Positions 23,919 through 32,256 of a stretch of DNA of 44,664 bases are shown here, piece after piece. The stretch comes from a virus. Under the pieces are notes generated by a model that searched no databases, was not told the origin of the DNA, and saw nothing but the letters and a program-made list of their open reading frames with translations. Position numbers and translations under genes: made by a program. Positions within the stretch are counted from its first letter, which is position 1, and every line of letters starts with the position of its first letter. The stretch lies in the IMG/VR virus record IMGVR_UViG_3300002461_000491, positions 1 through 44,664 of that record; one strand, 5' to 3'.

Positions 23919-25517
23919 TCACGCGGCCAAGCGCTGCAGCCTCAGCTCGACGGTTCGCAGCAAGCCCGGAACGGGGAGCCATCCATGCTTGCTACGAACC
24001 GAGGTCCCATCCATCTGGATGAGGCACTCGGGCTTGTAGCTCACCACCAGGTCGACGTCGTTGACCACGATGTGGTCGACGATGGTGGCAATGAATGCTC
24101 GCAGCGTCGGCAAGTCCTTGGCGCCTGTGATCGCCTGCCGCATCAGCGAGGCTGCCTCGTCAGCTGACACCCTCGCATCACCCACCACGGGCTCCTGCTC
24201 GTCTTCGATCGCCACCAGCGCATTCTCCAGCCGGCGGATCTGTGCGCTCAGTTCATTGACTCGCGTCATCGTGGGGGCCAAATCCGGGGTATCGCGGCCA
24301 GCGGCCTCCAGGATGTCGAACAGCTTGCCGCGGCGCTGCTCAGCGCTGCGCAGCTCGAGCACCATGGCCGTGCGCCGGCTCGCACGGTCCTTCACCCAGC
24401 GCGCCGCAGCCTCATCAAGGCCGTCCAACACGCGCTGGATGACATCCACGTTCAGCACCAGGTCGAGAAGGTCGGACAGCATGCGCTGGTCGAACGCATC
24501 GGCAGGTACAGGCTTGAACGCGCATGGCTGGCCTTGGTTGTGAGCACGGCAGGCGTAGTAGTGGTAGAGCCTGCCAGCTCGGCCCGTGCCATTGGTCATT
24601 TGCAGCGACGATCCGCAGTTTCCGCACTGCATCAACCCGGCAAACACGTGCTGAGCGGTGTGCGGCGGCCTGCCCTTGCCCGGAGTGCGCCCTGTCAGCG
24701 CCGATTGCACCTGGTTGAAGTCGTCGCCCGCCAGCAAAGGCGGGTGAGCCTGCACCCGGATCCACTGGTCTTCTGCCCGCTCGGCCTTGGTCTTGCGGTT
24801 GAACCTGTTGTAGATCACGCGTCCCATGTACACCTCGTTCTTCAGCAGGTAGAGCACGCTGTTCTTGCTCCATTTCTTGCCACGCATAGTCACGCCCTGA
24901 CCGTTCAGGCCCAGCGCGATGCCATATGCCCCTTGCCCCTCCAGCGACTGCCGGAAGATCATCCGCACGATCTCGGCCTCATGGCCCAGCGGCACCAGCC
25001 GATGGCGCCGCCCATCATCAGCCTGCACAGCCTGGTAGCCAAAGGGCACCCTGCCGCCCATGAAGTACCCCTCGCGGGCCGCCTTGATCATGCTGCGCTT
25101 GGTGTCGGCCGAAACCTGGCGTGAATAGCCCTCGTCCATCACCTGCTGGATGCTGTCGAGCATCCAGCCTTCCATGGTCTCCAGGTCCAAGCTGGAGTGG
25201 GCATAGACCAGCTTGGTGCGGTGGCTGGCCAGCTCGCGCTTGTAGGTAATGGCGTCGTGCTGGTCGCGTGCAAACCGACTGCTGCTCCAGCACACCATGA
25301 AGTTAATGTCGCCGGCGCTGCAGCGGTTGATGGCAGCCCGGAAGCCCGGCCGGGCGTCGGTGGTGCCGCTGATGCCGTCGTCACGATAGACCTGCAGCAC
25401 CACCGCGCCGAGCTCGGCGGCCTTGTGCTGGCAGGCGTCAATCTGGCTGTCGATCGAAAGCCCCTCTTCGGCCTGGCGCTCAGTGCTCACGCGGGCGTAC
25501 ACGATCGCTCGCTTCAT
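23919..25517 (-). CDS. Large serine recombinase (phage serine-integrase type)
   Basis: ATG at 25517 gives MKRAIVYARVSTERQ (catalytic Ser motif), a resolvase domain, a recombinase domain, a zinc ribbon (CGNCGSSL...YYACRAH) and a C-terminal coiled-coil region. About 532 aa. Confidence 0.85.
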   Translation of the reverse strand: MKRAIVYARVSTERQAEEGLSIDSQIDACQHKAAELGAVVLQVYRDDGISGTTDARPGFRAAINRCSAGDINFMVCWSSSRFARDQHDAITYKRELASHRTKLVYAHSSLDLETMEGWMLDSIQQVMDEGYSRQVSADTKRSMIKAAREGYFMGGRVPFGYQAVQADDGRRHRLVPLGHEAEIVRMIFRQSLEGQGAYGIALGLNGQGVTMRGKKWSKNSVLYLLKNEVYMGRVIYNRFNRKTKAERAEDQWIRVQAHPPLLAGDDFNQVQSALTGRTPGKGRPPHTAQHVFAGLMQCGNCGSSLQMTNGTGRAGRLYHYYACRAHNQGQPCAFKPVPADAFDQRMLSDLLDLVLNVDVIQRVLDGLDEAAARWVKDRASRRTAMVLELRSAEQRRGKLFDILEAAGRDTPDLAPTMTRVNELSAQIRRLENALVAIEDEQEPVVGDARVSADEAASLMRQAITGAKDLPTLRAFIATIVDHIVVNDVDLVVSYKPECLIQMDGTSVRSKHGWLPVPGLLRTVELRLQRLAA

Positions 25518-25584
25518 TCCACCCACCTTATCGCCAAGCCCTGGCGCGCGCCAATGAATCGGCCGCCGGTTTCAATCAATGCAG

Positions 25585-26133
25585 TCATCCAGCCGCCCTG
25601 GCCCGACCGGCTGCAGCCAACCGCTTGATGTGCCGGTAGCTGAGCTTTTCCCCCAGGTCCTTGTGCACCATCGCGTGGATGTCGCTGGGCTTGATGCCGG
25701 CCTGCACCAGGGTGGCGATGTACCGATTTCGCTGATACCGCTCGAAGGCTCGGAAGGGCCGCAGGCGCAGCTCGATCTGGTCGTCATCGTTGCGCAAGGC
25801 CGGGTCGGCGGAAAGCAGGCGCCACATGGCCACAAACTGCTCATAGCCCAGCAGCTGCGCCACAGACAGCCACGTGGCCGACAGGCCGATTTCGGCCAAT
25901 TCGCGCAGACGCACGTCGGCGCGAAGTTCTGAAGCAGTGCATCCGTTCAGGTACCCACCTCCCCACGGACGCACCGCCATGGTGCGCTGCCGAGCCCCCA
26001 CCCCCTTTGCACCAATGCTGTGCGTTGCGCCATTTCGGTGCGTATTGGGGGGGATCAGCTCAGGGAACAGGTCCTGGTTGATGTCTGCGCTGGATCCACT
26101 GCGCGATTCAGCAGGCATGGCCGCTCCTCGCAC
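25585..26133 (-). CDS. Mor/C-like transcriptional regulator candidate (C-terminal HTH)
   Basis: 177-182 aa. ELAEIGLSATWLSVAQLLGYEQFVAMW...RPFRAFERYQRNRYIATLVQAGIKPSDIHAMVHKDLGEKLSYRHIKRL follows the layout of Mu Mor-family activators. The start is uncertain (26133 or 26118). Confidence 0.35.
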   Translation of the reverse strand: MRGAAMPAESRSGSSADINQDLFPELIPPNTHRNGATHSIGAKGVGARQRTMAVRPWGGGYLNGCTASELRADVRLRELAEIGLSATWLSVAQLLGYEQFVAMWRLLSADPALRNDDDQIELRLRPFRAFERYQRNRYIATLVQAGIKPSDIHAMVHKDLGEKLSYRHIKRLAAAGRARAAG

Positions 26134-26269
26134 CAGGTGCAGCAGGCCCGATCACTGCGTGATCTGACAGCAGGCGCAGTGCACCCTCCCGGTGCAATTT
26201 GTGTTGCCTAGATGAGTTAGCCCGGGTTGTAACAGAGTTTGGGAGTTGCTCGGAATCGTCCTGCGACAT
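26108..26269 (-). CDS. Possible small ORF (53 aa) overlapping the Mor-like gene start
   Basis: ATG at 26269 is preceded by AAGGAA with a 6-nt spacer (MSQDDSEQLPNSVTTRANSS...). It is in a different frame from 25585..26133. It could be a separate gene or a sign of a frame error. Confidence 0.3.
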   Translation of the reverse strand: MSQDDSEQLPNSVTTRANSSRQHKLHREGALRLLSDHAVIGPAAPGARSGHAC

Positions 26270-26365
26270 CGATGTTTCCTTGGTGTGCGTGAACGGAGCC
26301 CAGCACCGCTCTAGGGGTTGTGTGGCCGGCCGGGTTGCGGATGCATCCATGGATCGACCCCTGGC

Positions 26366-27373
26366 CTATAGGCGCTTGAGCACTTCGCTGACGGGGCTGG
26401 TCATCTTCGACAGCGGCCCGCTGGCGTCGAGCACCTTGGTCTTGCGGCGCATGCTCATGGCCGTGTAGATGGCTGTGCTCTTGGGGTCGACGTGGCCCAG
26501 CAGCTCCTGCCGGGTGATCAGGTCCACGTTGTCCTCGGCCAGCTCCACACCGAAAAGGTGGCGGAAGGCGTGCGGGTGCCGCTCATCGGCAGGCACCCCG
26601 GCCTTCTCGCCGTGGCGCTGGATGATCCGCCACACCGCTCCACGCGACAGGCGCACCGCCTCGCCTCGCCACAGGTGCGCGGGCACCCGGCTGTTGACGG
26701 TCTGCACGAACAGCACCTTGTCCGGGCGCCCATGCTTGTCCAGGATGTCGCGGTCGTAGGCCTTCAGGCCCTCGTGGTCCAGGTAGATGCGCAGCAGCAT
26801 CTCTGCCTCCCTAGGCACGGGCAGCATGCGCTCCTTCTCGCCCTTCTCGGTCACGCGGATCACCAGGCGCGTCTTGCCGTCGACGTCGCTGTTGCGCAGA
26901 TCTCCCTCATCCAGGCCTACCAGCCCGCCGACACGCAGGCCGCAGCCCAGCAGCAGCGACAGCAGTGCCGCATCTCGAATCCCGATGAACGTGTTGAGGT
27001 CAGGGGCCCACATCAGCTTTTCGGCGCTGGCCAGGCTCAGTGCCTGGGGCAGCGGCATGCCGGTCTTGGGGTGCTCCAGCTGGTGGGATGGGTCGTGCTC
27101 GATGTGGCCACGGCCGCGCGCCCAACCGTAGAACCCGCGCAGCGCGCTGATGTACGGCTTGCGACTGCGGGCCACCACGCCACGCTTGTGCAGCCAGATC
27201 CCGCTAAACGCCTCGAGCTCGACGGCCGTCGCCTGCACCAGGCTCTTCTCGCCGGCAAGAAACTCCTGCAGCCTGGCCAGGGCCATGCCGTAGCTCTCAA
27301 GCGTGCGCGGCCGCCGGCCGCGGCTGGTCTCCAGGTGCTGCAGGAAGCCGCGGATGGCTTCGTCGTCGGTCAT
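26366..27373 (-). CDS. Xer-type tyrosine recombinase (335 aa)
   Basis: ATG at 27373 gives MTDDEAIRGFLQHLETSRGRRPRTLESYGMALARLQEFL (SAM-like N-domain). The catalytic signatures are GCGLRVGGL (Arg), HAFRHLFG (HxxR) and LLGHVDPKSTAIYT (His...Tyr). The 70 upstream codons of the track ORF run through the repeat region and were rejected. Confidence 0.8.
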   Translation of the reverse strand: MTDDEAIRGFLQHLETSRGRRPRTLESYGMALARLQEFLAGEKSLVQATAVELEAFSGIWLHKRGVVARSRKPYISALRGFYGWARGRGHIEHDPSHQLEHPKTGMPLPQALSLASAEKLMWAPDLNTFIGIRDAALLSLLLGCGLRVGGLVGLDEGDLRNSDVDGKTRLVIRVTEKGEKERMLPVPREAEMLLRIYLDHEGLKAYDRDILDKHGRPDKVLFVQTVNSRVPAHLWRGEAVRLSRGAVWRIIQRHGEKAGVPADERHPHAFRHLFGVELAEDNVDLITRQELLGHVDPKSTAIYTAMSMRRKTKVLDASGPLSKMTSPVSEVLKRL

Positions 27374-27488
27374 CGTGGTCACAGGGTTCGGCCGGCTCGC
27401 TTGGGGGGACACAGGCATTCCACCAGTGGAAGCGTGGATCGGCAACACGTGGGGCGAAAAGCGCAATGCCGACAAGCACTTACCGCAA

Positions 27489-27781
27489 TGTGGCATCCAC
27501 GGAAAACCCGTGGATTGGCCCGCCGACCTGTGGTTACTTTTGCTTACCGTTTGTGCAACCTGTGGATGCAGCTCACTCGACACGCGGCCCTCTCTTTGCC
27601 TACTTTCCTTTTTGAATCAATGATTTAGAGAGAGAGAACAAGCGTGGGCAGCGGAATAGTCAATGTGGAGAAAAGCCGCCGACCTGTGGAAAAAATGGCC
27701 CAACCTGTGGAAGAACACTGCGCATTCCAAAGGGCTGTTTTGTTAGTAGATCAATGACTTACGGCATTTGTATCCACAGGT
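27489..27781. repeat. Noncoding array of ACCTGTGG / DnaA-box-like motifs (candidate origin, iteron set or att arm sites)
   Basis: CCGCCGACCTGTGG occurs at 27520-27533 and 27676-27689. CAACCTGTGGA occurs at 27556-27566 and 27701-27711. ATCAATGAyTTA occurs at 27616-27627 and 27750-27761. TATCCACAGGT (reverse orientation) is at 27771-27781. ATCCACGG aaaac CCGTGGAT is an inverted repeat at 27495-27515. An AT-rich stretch spans 27601-27640. Confidence 0.7.
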
Positions 27782-28101
27782 CCACGGGTTCTAGCGTGCG
27801 CCCCTGCCTTGCCATTCAAGAAAACAGCACGGTCGGCCCCCTGCCCTTCGGGTCTTCCCTGATCCAGGCCGGCAGGCTTCTGCGTGGTGGGGTGCGGGGA
27901 GCGGACGGCAGGCAACTGCCGCCGGCATCGTGTGCGGCGTGTGCCCGGGTAACCCGCGCTGGCGCTCTGGCCTGATGGCCAGATCGATCCAGGCGCGCCT
28001 AACGGCGCGCGGTCAATGGGGTGGTGGCCTGGCGGCCACCGGGCCTTGCAGGGCCGCCAACTGCGTCGGCGCCGTGCCTCGGCCGAACGGCCGCGTCGGC
28101 T

Positions 28102-29211
28102 TCAGATGCGGCCCTGGCGCGTCAGCCGCTGGCGCACGTCTGCCACCCGGCTGCGCACCATGCCGCGCGTCAGCAGGCCTTGGTCAAAGTAGGCCGCCTT
28201 GGTCGGGCCCAGCACGCCGGCGCGCAGCTCGGGCGCCAGCCTGGCCAGCGCCTGGTTGGTCGTCTCGATGCCGGCCCGGTCAGCGTCGGTCACCTCGTCC
28301 TCGAACACCGCCACCACAAAGCTCAAGGTGTTGGGGTGCGCTGGCCAGGGCGTGCGCTTGCGGTCGGGGTACACGCCAGCGCCCAGCCCGTGCAGGTTCT
28401 GGCGGGCCAGCAGGTCGCAGATGTCCGGGCGCGGGTGGCGCGGGCTCAGCAAGAACCGGAACCCCAGCACCGCACCAGACCTCTCGGCGCCGGCCATGTA
28501 CGCCTCGCCGTGGGCCCGGTTGATCTCTGTGCGCGCCACCCGCAGCGTGTTCGGCAGCGCGCCATTGTTCGGTTCCACGAGGTGGTCAGCACCGCGCAAC
28601 AGGTTGCCCACGGCTGATGCCTGCTGCGCTTGGGCGGTTGCCGCCGGCACCGCCTGCCCACGCAGCAGAAACTGCTGCGCCGCGGTGTCCGCGCTCCACC
28701 CCTGCACCACAGCCTGCTCCACCGTGCGGTGCACAGCCTCCCGGGCGCCACGGTCCACACGCCAAAGACGGTCACTCAGCACCAGGCCGTCGGCAGCCCT
28801 GAATGCCCGAACGAACTGCACCGCGTCGTCGACCAGGCGCAGCGCCTCGGCGCCGTCCAGCAGCGCCTCCACCTGGCGGCCGGTGGCCAGGATGCCGGCA
28901 GCCGTCAGCGGCCGCACGCCCAGCTCGGCCGCGCGCTCGATCGCGCCGTCCAGCAGCTGCGTGCGCAGGCTGGCCAGCGCGTCCAGCACCTGGTCGATGC
29001 GATCAAGCAACCCGCGCAGCTGGTCCAGCCGCACCTGCGCCCCACTGTCGGCCGCCTGGGCGATCGCCATGCGCACCTGCTCAGCCGCGTCTGAGTAGAT
29101 GCGCGTCAGCTCCGTCTCCGTCTCAGCATCCAGCTGCTGCATCTGGTTGCGCGCCTGCTGGCTGGCCCGGCGGATCGCCGCGCCCGTGCAGTCGGCCAGC
29201 AGCCGGGCCAT
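28102..29211 (-). CDS. Head morphogenesis protein, SPP1 gp7 / Mu F-like
   Basis: ATG at 29211 overlaps the portal stop (ATGA). 369 aa. VARTEINRAHGEAY matches the MuF-family signature. It is directly downstream of the portal gene. Confidence 0.7.
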   Translation of the reverse strand: MARLLADCTGAAIRRASQQARNQMQQLDAETETELTRIYSDAAEQVRMAIAQAADSGAQVRLDQLRGLLDRIDQVLDALASLRTQLLDGAIERAAELGVRPLTAAGILATGRQVEALLDGAEALRLVDDAVQFVRAFRAADGLVLSDRLWRVDRGAREAVHRTVEQAVVQGWSADTAAQQFLLRGQAVPAATAQAQQASAVGNLLRGADHLVEPNNGALPNTLRVARTEINRAHGEAYMAGAERSGAVLGFRFLLSPRHPRPDICDLLARQNLHGLGAGVYPDRKRTPWPAHPNTLSFVVAVFEDEVTDADRAGIETTNQALARLAPELRAGVLGPTKAAYFDQGLLTRGMVRSRVADVRQRLTRQGRI

Positions 29212-30626
29212 CAGCCTCGGCCCCGGCCGTTGTTGCTGCCCGGCACGCTGATCGATGTGGCGCTGCCCCCCTTGGGCGCATTGCCTGGCGTCACGCTCAC
29301 CCTTGGCGCGGCCGCGCCGGCCCCACCAGGTGCGGCCCCGGGGGGCGCAGCAGGCCCTGCAGGGTACGGGTTGGCGCGGGCCCCCCACGCTTCCACCGCC
29401 TTCAGGATGTGGGCAGGGTCATAGCCCATCTCCTCCCACACCAGCGGCGGCGGGAAGCCCAGCGCGCTCAACTTCAGCGCCAGATCCGCCACCTGGTTTG
29501 GCGTCTCGGTCCGGCGCTCCGAAAAGCGCAGTGTGAATTCTTCAGGCCCCGCCACGATGCCCCGCAGCAGCAGGTGGATGCGGAAACACCATTCGTACTC
29601 GAACGCCTGGCTGTCCTGCAGGTGGTCGATCTCGTCGTAATAGTCGCGCTTCAGGTCCTCGAGAACGTCGCGCGCCAGCCCGTCCACATAGCCGAACAGC
29701 CCCTTGGGCGCCGGGGTGCCTGCGAAGAAGCTGTCCAGCAGGTGCACCACGTCCTCGATGTCACCCAGGTTGGCATCACCCTGCACCGCTGTCACAGCGC
29801 CGCGCCGGTTGGCGTAGAAGTCGGTGGTGATCTCACCCTTCTCACCCTCAACAGTCTTGCGGTAGGCCTCCAGCTCGTCGCTGGTGGCGGCCTCGAGCAC
29901 GTGGCTCAAGCGCAACGGCGCGCGCTGGCGCCGGCGGATCACCAGATCCTCCTCCGTCATCACCAGCTTGCGCCAGGTCTCGCAGGTCGCGTCCAGGAAG
30001 GGCCGGCCCATCTCGCCCATGTCGTCGTAGCTCAGCGGGTCGAACCGCGCCAACTGCAGCTGCCAGGCCGCGAACGTCGCCAGCACGCCGCCCGTCAGCA
30101 CATCGCGCTGCTCATAGGCCCGGGCCGGGTCGGCAAACCGGCCGCTGTGGTCGACCAGCGGCACGATGGTTTCCGCCGGCATGCGCACCGCGGCCACCAC
30201 CCGTTGGCTGTCGTCCAGCACCAGCTGCAGCGGCAGGTTGCCCTCGGCCACCAGGCCGCGGGCGTCGCTGCGCAGCTTCTGCACCCGGTTGAGCTGCAGA
30301 CGCTGCTCAAACGCCAGCCACTCACGGCGCAGCACCGCGCTGGCCGTGCCATCGGTGAACTGCATCACAAGGCCGCCGCGCACCGTGTCGCGGCAGATGC
30401 GGCCGTGGATCGCCTTCACCCGCCCGTCCCGCGCCTCCATCTGCCGCAGCAGGATGATCTTGTCCCGCACCTCGGTGCTGATGGCGAACTGCCGGTACCA
30501 GCGCGCCAGCGCCACATCGGCCGCCACCCGGTGGCCCCGCTCGGCCGCCGGGCGCTGGTACAGCGGCGCCAGCGCGGCGCGCATCAGGTCAGTGCCGGCC
30601 GCAGCCAACGTCTTCAGGTAGCTCAT
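29211..30626 (-). CDS. Portal protein
   Basis: 471 aa, between TerL and the MuF-like gene, with an acidic core and a Gly/Pro/Ala-rich C-terminal tail. The call rests on position and size. Confidence 0.65.
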   Translation of the reverse strand: MSYLKTLAAAGTDLMRAALAPLYQRPAAERGHRVAADVALARWYRQFAISTEVRDKIILLRQMEARDGRVKAIHGRICRDTVRGGLVMQFTDGTASAVLRREWLAFEQRLQLNRVQKLRSDARGLVAEGNLPLQLVLDDSQRVVAAVRMPAETIVPLVDHSGRFADPARAYEQRDVLTGGVLATFAAWQLQLARFDPLSYDDMGEMGRPFLDATCETWRKLVMTEEDLVIRRRQRAPLRLSHVLEAATSDELEAYRKTVEGEKGEITTDFYANRRGAVTAVQGDANLGDIEDVVHLLDSFFAGTPAPKGLFGYVDGLARDVLEDLKRDYYDEIDHLQDSQAFEYEWCFRIHLLLRGIVAGPEEFTLRFSERRTETPNQVADLALKLSALGFPPPLVWEEMGYDPAHILKAVEAWGARANPYPAGPAAPPGAAPGGAGAAAPRVSVTPGNAPKGGSATSISVPGSNNGRGRG

Positions 30627-30651
30627 TGCCTGCTCCGTTCCCCAAAAAGTC

Positions 30652-32256
30652 TCACCGCAGGGCCAGCGGTGCGCCGGCCATGCCCATCAGCTCGTCACGC
30701 CCCACCTGGCGGCTGGCCACCACCGCCGGTGCGTCCTCGAGCCCGCGCGTCAGCAGCGCGTACACCGCGGCGCAGGTGGCGTCGAACAGGTCGTCACCGA
30801 TCTTCTGGTCGGCCATCTGGAAGCTGCTGTAGCTCGCCCGCGTGGGCAACGCCTTCATGTTGCCCAGCTGGCGCACCATGGCCAGCCAGTCCTCGCTCTC
30901 CAGCTCCCAGCCCGTGTCCACATAGGGCATGGCCGCCCGGCCGTGGTGGAACACCTCACGCACCGCGCTGGCCATCACGTGCTTGGACATCCCGTCGAAC
31001 CGCATCGGCGCAAATGCCCACTTGTTCCACGCCGTGGCCGTGCTCTGGCCATCGTCGACCGTCTCGCGGTTGATGTGCGTCAGCCCCTTGCGGAAAAGGT
31101 CGTCATTCACAGCTGTCAGCATGCCCACCCCGTAGGCGTCGCCAATCGCATAGTCGGGCCGGAAGTAGTCCCACAGGGATACAAGGTCGCGCCTCAGCGC
31201 CTGGTCGCTCACCCCGGGCGCCCACAGCTTGACGAACGGAAACGTCACCCAGTTGCCCAGCACCTCGGCCACCACCAGCGCGCTCTTGCTGGCGGTGGGG
31301 TTCTCGCCGTGGCCCGTGTGGTCGTAGCCGAACGACAGCATGCCGCGCCGCTTGTAGCGCTCGCCCGGCACCGGCCCGGCCCGCTGCAGCCCGGCCTGCA
31401 GGCCCACCGCGATCGCCTTGCGGATGTGCTCCTCCCACACCCAGTTGCGCGCCTGGATGTTGCGGCACAAGAACTGGCGGATGTACTCATCGGCCGGCAG
31501 CTGCACCCGCATGCTGGCAGCCCAAACCGGGTCCAGAACGCCCAGACGCAGCCCCAGGTGGATGTCCACCGTCGTCAGCGGCTGGTACTCGCCCGTGTTG
31601 ATCAGGCTCTGCAACACACCCGCACCCTTGAACACACCGCTGATGCGGATCTCGGGGCTGAACTTCGCGGTGCCGGCGTCCACGCCCAGCCGGCGCGCCG
31701 CACCCAGCATCGGCAAGAAGCGGCTCATCAGCCGCTCCTTCGGCATGTCGTCCGTCTCCTCGAGGCTGGCGATCGTGATCGAGTCACCGTCGATCTGGCT
31801 CATGATCCCGTAGGCCCCGCCCTTGCTGTGGTTGGCCAGCTCGAAGCCCGTGTCCTTCAACTGCGGGCGGCCCTGCTTGTAGGCGATGTAGGCCGTCAGC
31901 ATGGGGCTGCGGCGGATCGCCTCCAGCATGTAGTCGAGGTTGTTCTGGCTCTGCTGCATGCGCGGCGCCACGATGCCGCACTCCTGATAGGCCTCGGTCG
32001 CCAGGCGCTCCAGGTTGTACATCTCCTTCACGCTCGTCTTGCCCGTGCGCCGGCAGCTGAAGTCCACCGTGTTGCGGTGGCGGTCCATCTCCAGCATCTT
32101 CAGGCACTGGATCGGGTCGAGCTCCACGTTGTGCACATGCTTGTGCCACAGCGCATGCGGGCGCAGGCCGGTGCGGGCATCTGGCTGGGCAAAGCGGTTG
32201 ATCTCCTCCTCAGCCACGCTCGAGTGCTTCACCCGGTCAGCGGCGCTCACCCTCAC
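30652..32256 (-). CDS. terL: Terminase large subunit
   Basis: 534 aa with a GTG start overlapping the upstream stop (GTGA). It has a Walker A-like SCRRTGKTS and a Walker B-like ITIASLEETDD, followed by a nuclease-domain-sized C-terminal half. Confidence 0.8.
   Translation of the reverse strand: MRVSAADRVKHSSVAEEEINRFAQPDARTGLRPHALWHKHVHNVELDPIQCLKMLEMDRHRNTVDFSCRRTGKTSVKEMYNLERLATEAYQECGIVAPRMQQSQNNLDYMLEAIRRSPMLTAYIAYKQGRPQLKDTGFELANHSKGGAYGIMSQIDGDSITIASLEETDDMPKERLMSRFLPMLGAARRLGVDAGTAKFSPEIRISGVFKGAGVLQSLINTGEYQPLTTVDIHLGLRLGVLDPVWAASMRVQLPADEYIRQFLCRNIQARNWVWEEHIRKAIAVGLQAGLQRAGPVPGERYKRRGMLSFGYDHTGHGENPTASKSALVVAEVLGNWVTFPFVKLWAPGVSDQALRRDLVSLWDYFRPDYAIGDAYGVGMLTAVNDDLFRKGLTHINRETVDDGQSTATAWNKWAFAPMRFDGMSKHVMASAVREVFHHGRAAMPYVDTGWELESEDWLAMVRQLGNMKALPTRASYSSFQMADQKIGDDLFDATCAAVYALLTRGLEDAPAVVASRQVGRDELMGMAGAPLALR

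Noticed and set aside
19006-27373. Recombinase-in-trio (RIT) element
   Set aside because: RIT elements have three adjacent tyrosine recombinase genes. Here the three recombinases are of Tyr, Ser and Tyr types, are separated by several kb of cargo and are not in tandem.
27374-27583. 70-codon N-terminal extension of the Xer-type recombinase ORF in the track
   Set aside because: The extension (MSSELHPQVAQTVSKSNHRSAGQSTGFPWMPHCGK...) has atypical composition and lies on the repeat/DnaA-box-like array. The recombinase SAM-like domain begins right at the internal Met (27373).
27489-27781. CRISPR array
   Set aside because: The repeats are only 11-14 bp, irregularly spaced and in mixed orientation. 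They lack uniform spacers, and no cas genes are present.
27780-28101. tRNA gene or tRNA-derived att site next to the recombinase block
   Set aside because: I found no cloverleaf-compatible segment and no GTTCGAATC-like T-loop. The GC hairpins present are simple stem-loops downstream of the MuF-like gene.
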